This document shows positions 1 to 12,067 of a DNA stretch of 64,000 bases, piece after piece. The DNA comes from Octopus vulgaris (lineage: Eukaryota), in the NCBI GenBank assembly GCA_951406725.2, contig OX597842.1, positions 32,736,001-32,800,000 of the forward strand. The letters run 5' to 3'. Position numbers and translations under genes: made by a program. Numbering within the stretch: position 1 is the stretch's first letter; every line of letters begins with the position of its first letter. Below the pieces are notes generated by a model, which saw nothing but the letters and a program-made list of their open reading frames with translations, did not search any database and was not told where the DNA came from.

Positions 1-600
1 TTATCAACAACATCGTCATCATCATAACCATCATCATCATCTCAGCATCATAATCATCGTCACCCATGTTGTTGTTGTTGTTTCTCTTCTTCCCTTTCTT
101 CTTCAACTTCTTCTTCTTCATCTTCTTCTTCTTCTACTTCAACTTCTTCTTCTTCATCTTCTTCTTCTTCTTCCTTCTCTTCTTCTTCTTCTTCTTCTTC
201 TTCTTCTTCTTCTTCCTTCTTCTTCATTCTTCTTCTTCTTCTTCTTCTTCTTCTTCTTCTTCTTCTTCTTCTTCTTCTTCTTCTTCTTCTTCTCCTCCTC
301 CTTCTTCTTCTTCTTCTTCTTCTTCTTCCCTTTCTTCATCTTCTTCTTCTTCTTCTTCTTCTTCTTCTTCTCCTCCTCCTCCTCCTCCATGCTCCTACTG
401 GTCTTCTTCCTCATCTTCGTCATCATCACCACCACCATCAACGTCATCGTCGTCGTCGTCATCATCGTCATCATCATCATCGTCATCATTATCATCGTCG
501 TCGTCGTCATCATCGTCATCATCATCATCGCCATCAATATCATCATCATCATCGTCATCATCATCGTCATCACCATCGTGACCCTCTTCGGCATCGCCAT
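1..600. repeat. Compound trinucleotide microsatellite (CAT)n/(CTT)n/(CGT)n
   Basis: Direct reading; source of the poly-F/S/D/I pseudo-ORFs. Confidence 0.95.
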
Positions 601-849
601 CGTGTGTACCCGTAGCCATCCTCACAAATGCTATTATCATAACCATCAAAATCGTCAAAATTAACTCCACCCCCACCACACCCACCCCCACCACCCCACA
701 ACAACAACAACAACAAAATCAACCCCTCCTCCACCCTTCCCTCTCATATATTGCAATATTTTAATCGTTTTTCATAATTCAACTTCCGGTAAGAATTTTC
801 TTCAAACGTTAAAATAAACCCTTACCCAACCACACACCTACACATGTTT

Positions 850-1440
850 TCATACACACACACACACATATGTATACACACAAACACACAAATACTCATG
901 CATACACAAACACATACACAAACACACAGACACAAACACACACACAGATACAAACCCACACACAAACACACACACTAACACACACACTGACACACACACA
1001 CACATGCATGCTTACACACACACACACAAGCGCACACACACACACATATATACACACAAACATACAAATACTCAAATACATACAAACATACAAATACACA
1101 AATACATACACACACACAGACACAAACCCCCACACAAACACACACACTAACACACACATTGATACACACACATACACACACACACACACAAGCACACACA
1201 CACACATATATACACACAAACACACAAATACTCATGCATACACAAACACATACACAAACCCACACACATATATACACATATACATACGCACCCGTACACG
1301 TCCACACCTATTATTTCTCTTTCACACACCCACAATATCATGGATTTTCACACAGACACAGACTCACTCACATACACACACATACACTCGTATGCGCAAG
1401 TGTACACACACACTAACACACACATTGAGACACACATACA
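850..1440. repeat. Degenerate (CA)n/(CATA)n tract with internal duplicated blocks
   Basis: CA-rich; the block ACACACAAACACACAAATACTCATGCATACACAAACACATACACAAAC recurs at ~876 and ~1212. Confidence 0.9.
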
Positions 1441-1441
1441 T

Positions 1442-1663
1442 ACTATTTCTTTACTACCCTCAAGGGGCTAAACACAGAGGGACCAAAACAAGAACAGACA
1501 GACAGATTACATCGACCCCAGTGTGTAACTAGTACTTAATTTATCGACCTCGAAAGGATAAAAGGCAAAGTCGACCTCGGTGGAATTTGAACCCAGAACG
1601 TAACGGTAGACGAAGTACAGGTACGCATTTCGCCCGGCGTGCTAACGTTTCTGCCAGCTCGCC
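1442..1663 (-). mobile_element. tRNA-derived SINE with Meta-type central domain (family B)
   Basis: Minus strand: GGCGAGCTGGCAGAAACGTTAGC head, GGTTCAAATTCC B-box, GCCTTTTATCCTTTCGAGGTCGATAAATTAAGTAC (MetaSINE-like domain); multiple copies in window. Confidence 0.85.
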
Positions 1664-1680
1664 ATATATACATGTATACA

Positions 1681-1714
<34 letters not shown>

Positions 1715-1742
1715 CATTCATACACACATACATATATACATA

Positions 1743-1792
<50 letters not shown>

Positions 1793-1793
<1 letters not shown>

Positions 1794-1977
1794 GACCTCG
1801 TGTGTACCATTGGCGATTTTTTTCCTCTGTCTTCCCTTCTATGTTTCTGATGAAGAGCTCCGCTCGAAACCTTAAACCCTCCTTCTTTCCTTCTTTCCTG
1901 AGCGTCCAATAATACTATATTTGTTCCACGTCCTCGCGTTGTTGTGTTTCATTGTGCTTTCTTGTTTGGATTAACTT
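1793..1977 (+). mobile_element. Short Penelope-like non-autonomous element (family C) with minimal hammerhead ribozyme at 1843-1877
   Basis: GTTT-CTGATGA-A-GAGC-TCC-GCTC-GAAA-CCTT-AAAC; flanked by (TA)n; three more copies in window. Confidence 0.75.
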
Positions 1978-1988
1978 TATATACATAT

Positions 1989-2116
1989 ATACGACGGGCT
2001 TCTTTCAGTTTCCGTCTACTAAAACACCTCGCAAGGCTTTGGTCGACCTGAGGCTATAGTAGAAGACTCTTGCCCAAGATGCCACGCAGTGGGACTGAAC
2101 CCGGATCCATGTGGTT
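1989..2116 (-). mobile_element. SINE family A, partial head
   Basis: Matches GGTTCAGTCCCACTGCGTGGCA..TTGGGCAAG..CTTCTACTATAGCC consensus of the full copies. Confidence 0.85.
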
Positions 2117-2315
2117 CGTGGTATACGCAATATATGCTTTATGGGCTACTAATGGTTTCAAACATTGAAAATTTCCGATCTGGAATTTAGCATTATTATT
2201 ATTATTAATTTTCTTTTCTTTGCTGGTTTTTGTTTTTTTCTTTTACGCAAGGTTTTTCTTCGTCGCCATTTCTTAGCAATTTAAAATTCAATTAATTTTT
2301 CCAAAACGGTTTTCT

Positions 2316-2530
2316 CCACCTCCACCACCATCCGCACCACCACCACCACCACAACCACCACCACCACCACCACCACCACCACCACCACCACCACCACCAC
2401 CACCACCACCACCACCACCACCACCACCACCACAACCACCACAATCACCACTACCACCACTACTACCACCACCACAACCACCACTACCACCACCACCACC
2501 ACTACCACCACTACCATCACTACTACCACC
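2316..2530. repeat. (CCA)n/(CTA)n microsatellite
   Basis: Direct reading. Confidence 0.95.
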
Positions 2531-2920
2531 GCACTAAATGCAATCCTTCTAAATCCAGTGAACCGTGAACAGACAGACATAGAGGCTCACCCAATGAAAC
2601 TCTCCCCCCTATTTCCACTGCACCCTATTTTCCCCCCTCTCCCCAACCCTACACCCTCTGCACCACCCCCACTCACCCGCACTGCACTCCAACGTTTTAT
2701 ACAAGTGCCTCTTTCCTTTTCCCCCGCGCCATCCGTCCCCTTCACCCCTGACGACCCTACTGTCTGAGTGGCGAGGCGGAGTGCGGCACGGTGGAGAGAG
2801 AGAACGGGGGATGCGGAGGCGGAGGAGGGGTTGGCTGAGGTAATCTGCCGCGGTTGTGAGGGTGGTGTGACGCTGGTGGAGATAGGGACGCTGGGGTTGC
2901 TGGGAGTGCAAATATGGAGT

Positions 2921-2922
2921 TG

Positions 2923-2955
<33 letters not shown>

Positions 2956-2981
2956 TAAAAGTAGTAGTAAAAGTAGTAGTT

Positions 2982-3017
<36 letters not shown>

Positions 3018-3018
3018 A

Positions 3019-3052
<34 letters not shown>

Positions 3053-3689
3053 TGTAGTAGTAGTAGTAAAAGTAGTAGTAGTAGTAGAAGTAGTAGTAGC
3101 AGTAGAACTAGAGGTAGTAGTAGTAGTGGTTGTAGTAGTAGTAGTTGTTGTAGTAGTAGTTGTAGTAGTTGTCGTGGTAGTAGTTGTCGTAACAAGTTGT
3201 ACTCGTAGTAGTAGTTGTTGAAGTTATAGACGTGACAATAGTAGTAATGGTGACGGTGGTAGTAGTAGTAATAGCAGTAGTAGTTGCAGCAGTAATAGTA
3301 GGAGTAGTAGTGTTGTTGGTGGTGGTGGTAGTGGTAGTTGTAGTAATTGCGGTGGTGGTGTCGGTAGTAGTAGTGGTTGTGATTGTCGTGGTAGTGGTAG
3401 TAGTAGTTATAATAGTGGTGGTGGTGGTAGTTGTAGTGGTGTTGGTGGTTGTAATATTGTAGTAGTGGTCGAAGTGGTGGTAGTAATACTGGTAGTGGTA
3501 GTTGCAACAGTGGTGGTAGTAGTAGTTGTAGTAATAGTGGTGGTGGTAGTTGTAGTCGTGGTGGTAGTAATACTGGTTGTGATAGTAGTAGTAGTGGTGG
3601 TGGTAGAAGTTGTAGTAGTGATGGTGGTGGTAGTAGTTGTAGTAGTGGTGGTAGTAATACTGGTGGTGGTAGTAGTAGTAGTGGTAGTT

Positions 3690-3745
<56 letters not shown>

Positions 3746-3820
3746 TGTGTTAGTAGTAGTAGTGGTGGTGATAGTAGTAGTAGTGGTGGTGGTAGTAGTT
3801 GTAGTTGTAGTTACAGTAGT
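2921..3820. repeat. (GTA)n/(GTG)n compound microsatellite
   Basis: Direct reading. Confidence 0.95.
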
Positions 3821-3863
3821 ACTAAGTGTAGCTGTTCCAACGTTAAAAGTAATTTTTACCTAC

Positions 3864-4272
3864 GCGCGGGAGTGGCTGCGTGGTAAGAAGCACGCTTCCC
3901 ATCCACGTGGTTCTGGGTTCAGTCCCACTGTGTGGCACCTTGGGCCGACCAAAGCCTTGCGATTGGATTTGGTTAATGGAAAGTGTGTGCGTGTGTGTGT
4001 ATACACACATACACACATATATACATACACATTTATATTTATGCATGTGTGTGCGTGCGTGTGAGTGTGTGTGTGTGTGTGTGTGTCCCTTCACAGTTTG
4101 AGAACTGATGTTGGTGTGTTTGCGTCTCCTTAACTTAGCAGTCCGGCTTAAAGAGATTGATAGAATAAGTCCTTGGCTTCATAGAATATAATATATATAC
4201 AGGTGTCGATTTATTCAAAAGAAAAAAAATCCTCCAGGTTGTACCTCAACATGGCCGATGTCTAATGATAAC
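3864..4272 (+). mobile_element. SINE family A, diverged near-full copy
   Basis: GGAGTGGCTGCGTGGTAAG head, GGGTTCAGTCCCAC B-box region, internal (TG)n, tail ..CATGGCCGATGTCTAATGA. Confidence 0.8.
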
Positions 4273-4504
4273 AAATATACTTCGAAGTCACTAAATTCTT
4301 TAATAATGTAAACAATTCGTGTAGATAAGAAGAAAGCCTCTAAATTTGATGGCTAAAATTCGGAGCGCTACTTGGGTGCAATGGCTGGAACGTCTGCCTT
4401 GTTTTACATACGATGTAGATTTGACTCCCACGGATAGCCATTAGCTTTTTCTTTCCGTTAATGTAGGTTTTAACATAATATTCTACACGCTATTATTTCT
4501 AGCT

Positions 4505-4530
4505 TCATCACCACCACCATCATCATCATT

Positions 4531-4574
<44 letters not shown>

Positions 4575-4647
4575 TATCGTCACCATCATCACCATCATCA
4601 TCATCATCCTCATCATCATCATCATCATCATCATCATGGCCATCATT

Positions 4648-4681
<34 letters not shown>

Positions 4682-4712
4682 CCATCATCATCACCATCAT
4701 CATTGCCATGGC

Positions 4713-4753
<41 letters not shown>

Positions 4754-4796
4754 CTACCATCATCATCATAACCACCACCACCACCACTACCACCAC

Positions 4797-4834
<38 letters not shown>

Positions 4835-4835
4835 G
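4505..4835. repeat. (CAT)n microsatellite
   Basis: Direct reading. Confidence 0.95.
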
Positions 4836-4993
4836 CTGCATCACCTTTAACGATCGTCATTCTCTCAGCATCACCGTTATCTTGATCATCGTCATCGTCA
4901 TCATCGTCTTTCTCAGCAGCCCCGACAATTAGCTCAACAGAACCAAATGAAAATTGAAAACCTTTTCGCGGATGACGAAACAGAAAGAAAGGT

Positions 4994-5049
<56 letters not shown>

Positions 5050-5159
5050 AGAGAGAGAGATTAGGAAGAAGCAGAAAAAGAGGGCTGAATTGGTGTCACC
5101 GTTGGTCGTTGAAAGCCAGCCATCCGTCTCAAATAAAATCTGACCGTTTCATATCCTGA

Positions 5160-5265
5160 ACTGCTCATGCGCAGAACGCACAATCCTACAAATATCCACG
5201 TACTCTCGGTCCCACGTGACTTAAGTAAGAACTCTGACCAATAGCGGCCACTTATATTTATTACT
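5160..5265 (+). promoter_or_regulatory. Candidate promoter cassette (NRF1-like, E-box, CCAAT, AT-rich TATA-like)
   Basis: GCTCATGCGCA 5163-5173, CACGTGAC 5213-5220, CCAAT 5238-5242, TTATATTTA 5252-5260, in promoter-like order; motif evidence only. Confidence 0.4.
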
Positions 5266-7184
5266 TCACCCTCTCCAGACCCCCAACACTCTTGAAATTT
5301 TCCATTTGTAAGTCTCACATTGGGACTCCAACCGACCGTGAAAAAATATATTTCTGGGAACTTCGAAGACACGGAACGCGTTTGGATTTAAAAACTGACT
5401 GTCACGTTATGCATGCAACTGTGAAAAAAAAAGGGGGAAAAACTAAGTATTTTTGTAAATCTCAAGCTATGGGCTGTTCAGATTTTTAAAATCGCTGATG
5501 CCATGTTCAGTAAACCGTGAAAAGTATATATATATTTTTTGCAAGCCTTTTCGTATCCTGAATTTTTTTAGTTTTAAAATGACCGTCCCTTTAAAAAAAA
5601 TATAAAATATATAGACATTTTTACAAATTTTCCCACCCATGTTTTTTCCCTTTTTTTTACATTTAGAACAGATCATTCAACCAACCATGAAAATATATTT
5701 TTGCAAACCCCCTCAAATCCCGGAATATTTTAGTCTTAAAATGACCGTCTCTGAGTAACTAACTATAAAATATATATATAGATATTTTTACAAATTTTCC
5801 CACCCGTATTTTTTCCCTTTTTTTTTTACATTTAGAATAAGATCATTGATTTATTCAACCAACCATGAAAATATATTTTTGCAAACCCCCTCAAATCCCG
5901 GAATATTTTAGTCTTAAAATGACCGTCTCTTTGAGTAACTAACCAAAAAAAATTAAGATATATAGATATTTTTACAAATTTTCCCACCCGTATTTTTTCC
6001 CTTTTTTTTTTTACATTTAGAACAGATCTTTGTTTTATTCAACCAGCCATGAAAATATATTTTTGCAAACCCCTCAAATCCCGGTCTTAAAATGACCGTC
6101 CCTTTGCGAATTAACTGAATAAAAATATATATAGATATTTTTACAAATTTTACAACCCGTGTTTTTTTCGTTTTTTTTTACATTGAATAGGTCATAGTTT
6201 TATTCAACCAACCGTGAAAAAATATTTTTGAAACCCCCTCAAATCCTAGAATATTTTAGTTTTAAAATGACCGTTCCTTTAAGCAATCAACCGTAAAAGA
6301 GATGTAGATATTTCTTTTAATTTTACGGCCCGTAGCTTTTTCAGCCTTGGAACTGACCATCGGTTCATTCAACAAACCGTGGGGAAAAAAATTTGTAAAC
6401 CTCAAAATAATGGCTGTTAAGATTTTTAAGATTGTCAATATGTTCAATCAACCGTGAAAACTATATTAATATTTTTGCATGCCCTTCAAGTCCTGGAATT
6501 TTTTAGTCTTAAAATGACCGTGCAGTCAACCGTAAAAAAATATACATATTTTTACATAAGTTTTCAGCCCATACCTATTTTAGATTTAGAAAAACTATCA
6601 TTTTATTCAACGAACTTTATAAAAAGTTTTTGTAATCCTTAAAATATAAGTTGTCTAGCTGTGTAAAATCACCGATTTGATATTCAACCAAGCGTGAACA
6701 AATTTATTAGTATCTCTGTAATCCGGCCAAGCCCTGTAAAATTCAGATTTCAAACTGACCATCCTTTTGTTCAATCAACCTTCAAAATATTCTCACATAT
6801 CTTCCTCCCTTAGCTTTTTTTCAGCTGTAAAAAATCACCGGACCTTCGGTTATGGGTTTACATTTTGTAAACCGCTGATTTGTTTATTCAAGTAACCGTG
6901 AAAAATATTTATAAATATTTCTGCAATCCGGTCGAAATCTAGAAGTTTAGATTACAAACTAACAACACCTGTTTTCAATCAAACGTGAAAAAAAAATTAT
7001 TTATTTTTTTATTTTATCTAGTTTCAGCTCACGAGCTGTGACCATGCTGGGGCACCGCCATTTATATATTGTTATATATTTCCAACCTGTAACTTTTTTA
7101 GATTTAAAACTAAAACCATTATTTTATCGAATTAACCGTGAAAAAATATAAATAGTTTTGTACATATGTATATGTATATATGCG

Positions 7185-7443
7185 CAGTAATGCCTCGACT
7201 ATCGCGGGTGCTACGTTCCAACCGTTCTCGCGATAGGTGAAAATCCGCGAAGTAGAAACGGTACTGTATGTGTATATATGCTTTTTTATATTTTTATAAT
7301 TTGTTTATATTTATTTTATTATAAATGGAAAACAATACCACGGAGGAATCGATGTAAGATTAAATAATATACCGCGACTGGTGAACCGCGATAGGTGAAC
7401 CGCGATAGGTGAACCGCGATAGGTGAATGGCGAGGGATTACTG
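7185..7443. mobile_element. Tigger/pogo-type (Tc1/mariner superfamily) MITE
   Basis: TIRs CAGTAATGCCTCG ... CGAGGGATTACTG (12/13 complementary), TA on right flank, subterminal GAACCGCGATAGGT x3. Confidence 0.75.
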
Positions 7444-7466
7444 TATATGTATGTATTTGTGTGTAT

Positions 7467-7494
<28 letters not shown>

Positions 7495-7503
<9 letters not shown>

Positions 7504-7700
7504 TGTCCCCCACCATCGCTTGACAACCGATGTTGGTGTGTTTATATCTCCATTGGTTAGCGGTTCGGTAAAAGATATTGATAGAATAACTACTGGGCTT
7601 ACAAAGAATATGACCCTGGGTCGATTTCTGCGACTAAATAAAAAAAACCCTTTAAGGCGGTGCTCTAGCATGACCGGAGTAAAATGACTGAAATAAGAAA
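7495..7700 (+). mobile_element. SINE family A, 3' half
   Basis: GCTTGACAACCGATGTTGGTGTG...AAGGCGGTGCTCTAGCATGACC...AATGACTGAAA. Confidence 0.85.
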
Positions 7701-8787
7701 TAGAATTAAATACTAACTGTCCAAAAATATAGTTTTGCAAACTTTAAGCTGTAAATAATGCCAAAGTGTTTGCGGATCCCAACCCGCATCTCGTGGAATT
7801 CCTGGAATGACAATGGCCAAACTGGTGTTTACCCAACCGTGAAAAAATATTTTTTCGCAATATTCCATCCAGCCCGTCCATTTCGGATATAGTTTTCGGA
7901 TTTTAAAATGACCAGCTTGTTATTCAATCAACCGTGAAGAAATCTAAATATTTCTACAATCCATATAGCAGTGCGATTGGTGTTAGTGGTGGGTGTTAAA
8001 ACGGCCAGCCTTTTATCCAGCCATGCCCAACCCATAGATTGTTTCAATTTTAGAAATCAAACTCCTGATGGTCAGCAAACCATGAAAAATATAAATAAAT
8101 ATGAAATCCTGAAACTGAAGGTTGTTCTAGTTTAAGAATGGCCATTCCTAACTGGTCAATCAACCGTGAAAAATTTTAAATAATTCCGAAGTCCCCAGAG
8201 CATATCCCCGTTTCTATATAGATAATCATCCAGCCATGAAAATGTTTATAATATTTCTTAAATCCCCGAAACCCAGGGACTGCTGTGGTGTAAAAATGAC
8301 CGTCCCGATAACGAACCAAGCGTGAAAAATCTTAATTCTGAAATACTAAAACCTTGGGCCGTTTCGATCTTGAAATGACCATCCTGCTATCCAACGAACC
8401 ATGAAAAAAATAAATATATATATCTTGACACTACAAGCAAGCCACGGTCAGTTTTAATTTTTAAATTTGTCCATCTTTACATGCAGCCATCTGTGATAAA
8501 AACGAAATAGTTTTGACTCTCTCAATCGTAACAGAAATTTCGTTAGCGCCGACTTCAACTTGATTTAGCTTTCAGCTGTTGGTTCTTAGCTATTAGCTTT
8601 TAGCATTTAAGCTGCAGGTTTGTTTGGTCATTACGGCTTTCAGGACAAAAATGCCGAGTCGAGATAGTGTGGGTACGTGGTAAAGAGTTTGCTTCGGAAC
8701 CCTATATATTCTGGTTCAATTCCACTGCGGAGAACTTTGTTCAAGTCTCCTGTTCTATAGTCTCGGGCAGAGCATAGTTCTGTGACC

Positions 8788-9126
8788 ATAAGTCGATTAT
8801 ATCGACCCCAGTGCGTAACTGGCCCTTAATTTATCGACCCCGAAAGGATGTTAGGCAAAGTCGACCTCGGCGGAATTTGAACTCAGAACGTAACGGCAGA
8901 CGAAATACTGCTAAGCATTTCGCACGGCATGCTAACGTTTCTCTTTTCTTTATTACCCACAAGGGACTAAACACAGAGAGGACAAACAAGGACAGACAAA
9001 CGGATTAAGTCGATTATATCGACCCCAGTGCGTAACTGGTACCTAATTTATCGACCCCGAAAGGATGTCAGGCAAAGTCGACCTCGGCGGAATTTGAACT
9101 CAGAACGTAACGGCAGACGAAATAGG
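8788..9126 (-). mobile_element. SINE family B (Meta-type), tandem partial copies
   Basis: GTCGATTATATCGACCCCAGTGCGTAACTGG repeated at ~8792 and ~9009. Confidence 0.85.
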
Positions 9127-9397
9127 TAAATTTTTTGAAAAAATTGAGAAATCGATAAAATTGAAAAAAGTTGAAAAATAACTGGAAAAAATATTAAAAT
9201 ATTGAGAAATTTTGCAAAACGAAAATGAAAAAAATTGAAAAATTCGAAAAGAGTGAAAAGTGAGAAGGAAAAAAAAAACGTGAAATTTAGTTCCTGTGAA
9301 GAATGGTCCGTGGATATCGGAGTTTACTTTGAACAAGGAAGGGTAAAAGAGCAGAAGATTTTTATTTCGAGTTAAGGGCAAACATTAACTCATTCCT

Positions 9398-9485
9398 CAT
9401 GATGATGATGATGGTGATGATGAGGATGATGATGGTGATGATGATAGTGATGATGATGATGATGATGATGATGATGAGGATGATT

Positions 9486-9531
<46 letters not shown>

Positions 9532-9692
9532 GGATGATGGTGGTGATGATGACAATGATGATGATGATGATGATGATGATGGTGATGGTGGTGATGATGA
9601 TGATGAGGATGATTATGATGATGATGATGGTGATGATGATTATGATGATGATGATGATGATGATGATGGTGATGGTGGTGATGATGATGATG

Positions 9693-9723
<31 letters not shown>

Positions 9724-10000
9724 GGATGATTATGATGATGATGATCATCATCATCATAACCGTCACCATCATCAACATTATCATCATCATCATCATCGTC
9801 ATCATCGTCATCCTCCTCATCATCGCCATCATCATCTTTTTCCTCCTCATAATAATAATAATAATAATAATAATCTTTATCATCATCTTCATCCTCTACC
9901 TCCTCCTCCTCCTCATAATTATCATCATCATCATCATCATCTATCTCCTCCTCCTCCTCCTCCTCCTCCTCATAATCATCATCATCATCATCATCATCAT
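9398..10000. repeat. (GAT)n tract switching to complementary (CAT)n at ~9743
   Basis: Direct reading. Confidence 0.95.
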
Positions 10001-10299
10001 TGTTCGGAACCCCACCCCAACTCCATTATCACTGCCCGTCTATGGATTCGAACCATCTTCCAAGCGGCAACCACATCGGTCCGCAAAAGCCAAAACCATT
10101 CTCAAAACCGCCGCCCCCTCCCCATACCGCCACATCTTCCCCCCTTACCCCCGCCACACCCTCCACTCTCTCACATGGTGTGTGTGCGTGTGTGCGTATA
10201 TGTGTGTGTGTATGTGTGTGCGTGTGTATGTGTGTGTGTGTGTGTGTGTGAGTGTGTGTATGCTACCTTCGATATCCTGCTTCATTTGTCCAGATGACC

Positions 10300-10430
10300 T
10301 CAGCCACTTCGTTCCTCAGCCAATCAGTCGACCGTGAACGACGTTCTCTTCGTTGGTGTTGCATTTACGATTTTTGCAGCAACGTCGGCCATCTTTATGG
10401 AACGCTGCGCATTCAACTGAACCGTTCGGA
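10300..10430. promoter_or_regulatory. CpG-containing island with CCAAT and YY1-like motifs
   Basis: AGCCAATCAG 10318-10327; GGCCATCTT 10387-10395. Confidence 0.3.
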
Positions 10431-10432
10431 AA

Positions 10433-10506
10433 AGTCTCTCTGTCTCTCACTGTCTGTCTGTCTGTCTATCTGTCTATCTGTCTGTCTATATCTCTCTGTC
10501 TCTCAC

Positions 10507-10557
<51 letters not shown>

Positions 10558-10560
10558 ATG

Positions 10561-10591
<31 letters not shown>

Positions 10592-10794
10592 CTATCTGTC
10601 TGTCTACCTGTCTACCTGTCTGTCTGTCTGTATGTCTCTGTCTCTCACTGTCTGTCTGTATGTCTCTCTCTCTCTCTCTCTCGCTCTAGCTGTCTATCTG
10701 TCTGTCTACCTGTCTGTCTGTCTGTCTGTCTCTCTATCTCTCTAATTCTCACTGTCTGTCTGTCTGTTTCTCTCTCTCTATCGTTCTATCTGTC

Positions 10795-10831
<37 letters not shown>

Positions 10832-10848
10832 ATCTCTCTGTCTCTCAC

Positions 10849-10887
<39 letters not shown>

Positions 10888-11020
10888 ATGTCTCTCTCTC
10901 TCTCTCTCGCTCTAGCTGTCTATCTGTCTGTCTACCTGTCTGTCTGTCTGTCTGTCTCTCTATCTCTCTAATTCTCACTGTCTGTCTGTCTGTTTCTCTC
11001 TCTCTATCGTTCTATCTGTC

Positions 11021-11053
<33 letters not shown>

Positions 11054-11080
11054 ATCTCTCTGTCTCTCACTGTCTGTCTG

Positions 11081-11117
<37 letters not shown>

Positions 11118-11295
11118 CTAGCTGTCTATCTGTCTGTCTACCTGTCTGTCTCTCTATCTATCTAATTCTCAATGTCTGTCTGTCTGTATCTCTCTCTCTC
11201 TCTCACTCTATATGTCTATCATTCTATCTCTCTCTCTCTCTCTCTCTCGCTCTAGCTGTCTATCTGTCTTGTCTGTCTGTCTGTCTCTCTCTCCT
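10433..11295. repeat. (TCTG)n/(TC)n tract with higher-order ~130-230 bp blocks
   Basis: CGCTCTAGCTGTCTATCTGTC marker at ~10682, ~10908, ~11114, ~11248. Confidence 0.9.
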
Positions 11296-11364
11296 TCTGC
11301 ACTGTCATATCGGCTTGTGCTCTGCTTGGTAGTTTTATCGCCGCCGTCGTCAACAGCATCACCA

Positions 11365-11397
<33 letters not shown>

Positions 11398-12067
11398 CTA
11401 CCAACATTATCACCATCATCATCATCATCATCGTCATCATCGTCACCATCGTCATCATCGTCATCGCTAGCATTATCATAATCACGATCTTTACGATACT
11501 TCTCCTCCTCTTCCTCCTCCTCCTCCTCCTCCGCCCCCTCATCATCATCATCTTCATCATTATAGTCATCGTCGTCATCGTCATCGCCACCGCCACCATC
11601 ACCGTTATCGTCATCATCATAATCGTCGCCGTCGTCGTCGTCGTTATCTTGAACACCATTCCACTCACGCCACCCCCGACATTGGCATCAAACAACACGT
11701 CGCACCTGCAAAGCAAACGAAGAGGGAAACGAGAGAGAGAGAGAGAGAGAGACAGAGAGAGAAAGAGAAAGAGGAGGGCAGATAGAGAGGGAGGGTCAGA
11801 GAGTTAGAGAGAGACAGTGAGAGAAAAGACGACAGATAAATAGGTAGAGAGAGACGGTGAGAGTGAGAGAATAAGTGAGAAAGAAAGACAGAGAGATAGA
11901 GAGAGAGTAAAAGTGAGAGAGAAAGGGAGGGAGAGAGAGACAGAGTGAGAGAGAGAGAGAGAGAGAGAGAAGAGAGGTGGGCTGATGGAGGTTTGATAAA
12001 ATGTTTTTGCTTCAGCCACTTTCGCTTTGCAGGTGCGAGATGTTGTTGTTGTTCTTCTCCTTGTTTT

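Larger units (their letters stand above)
5330..8500. repeat. Degenerate tandem array of ~80-90 bp units (roughly 30-35 units) with a ~180-bp higher-order dimer at ~5510-6260
   Basis: Recurring CAACC(G/A)TGAAAA box and TTTTAG..TTAAAATGACC box; interrupted by MITE/SINE insertions at ~7020-7060 and 7185-7700. Confidence 0.85.

Noticed and set aside
4370-4435. tRNA-like sequence (GGTGCAATGG ... GATTTGACTCCC)
   Set aside because: No complete cloverleaf; at best a decayed SINE head. SINE heads elsewhere are likewise not called tRNA genes.
5500-8450. Array as a chain of micro-exons (TTTTAG acceptor, GTGAAA donor)
   Set aside because: Many units have ATGAAA rather than GT, donors are poor, and implied exons have no consistent frame.
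5330-8500. CRISPR-like repeat-spacer interpretation of the array
   Set aside because: Boxes are short and degenerate, linkers are mutually related, no cas genes, eukaryotic context.
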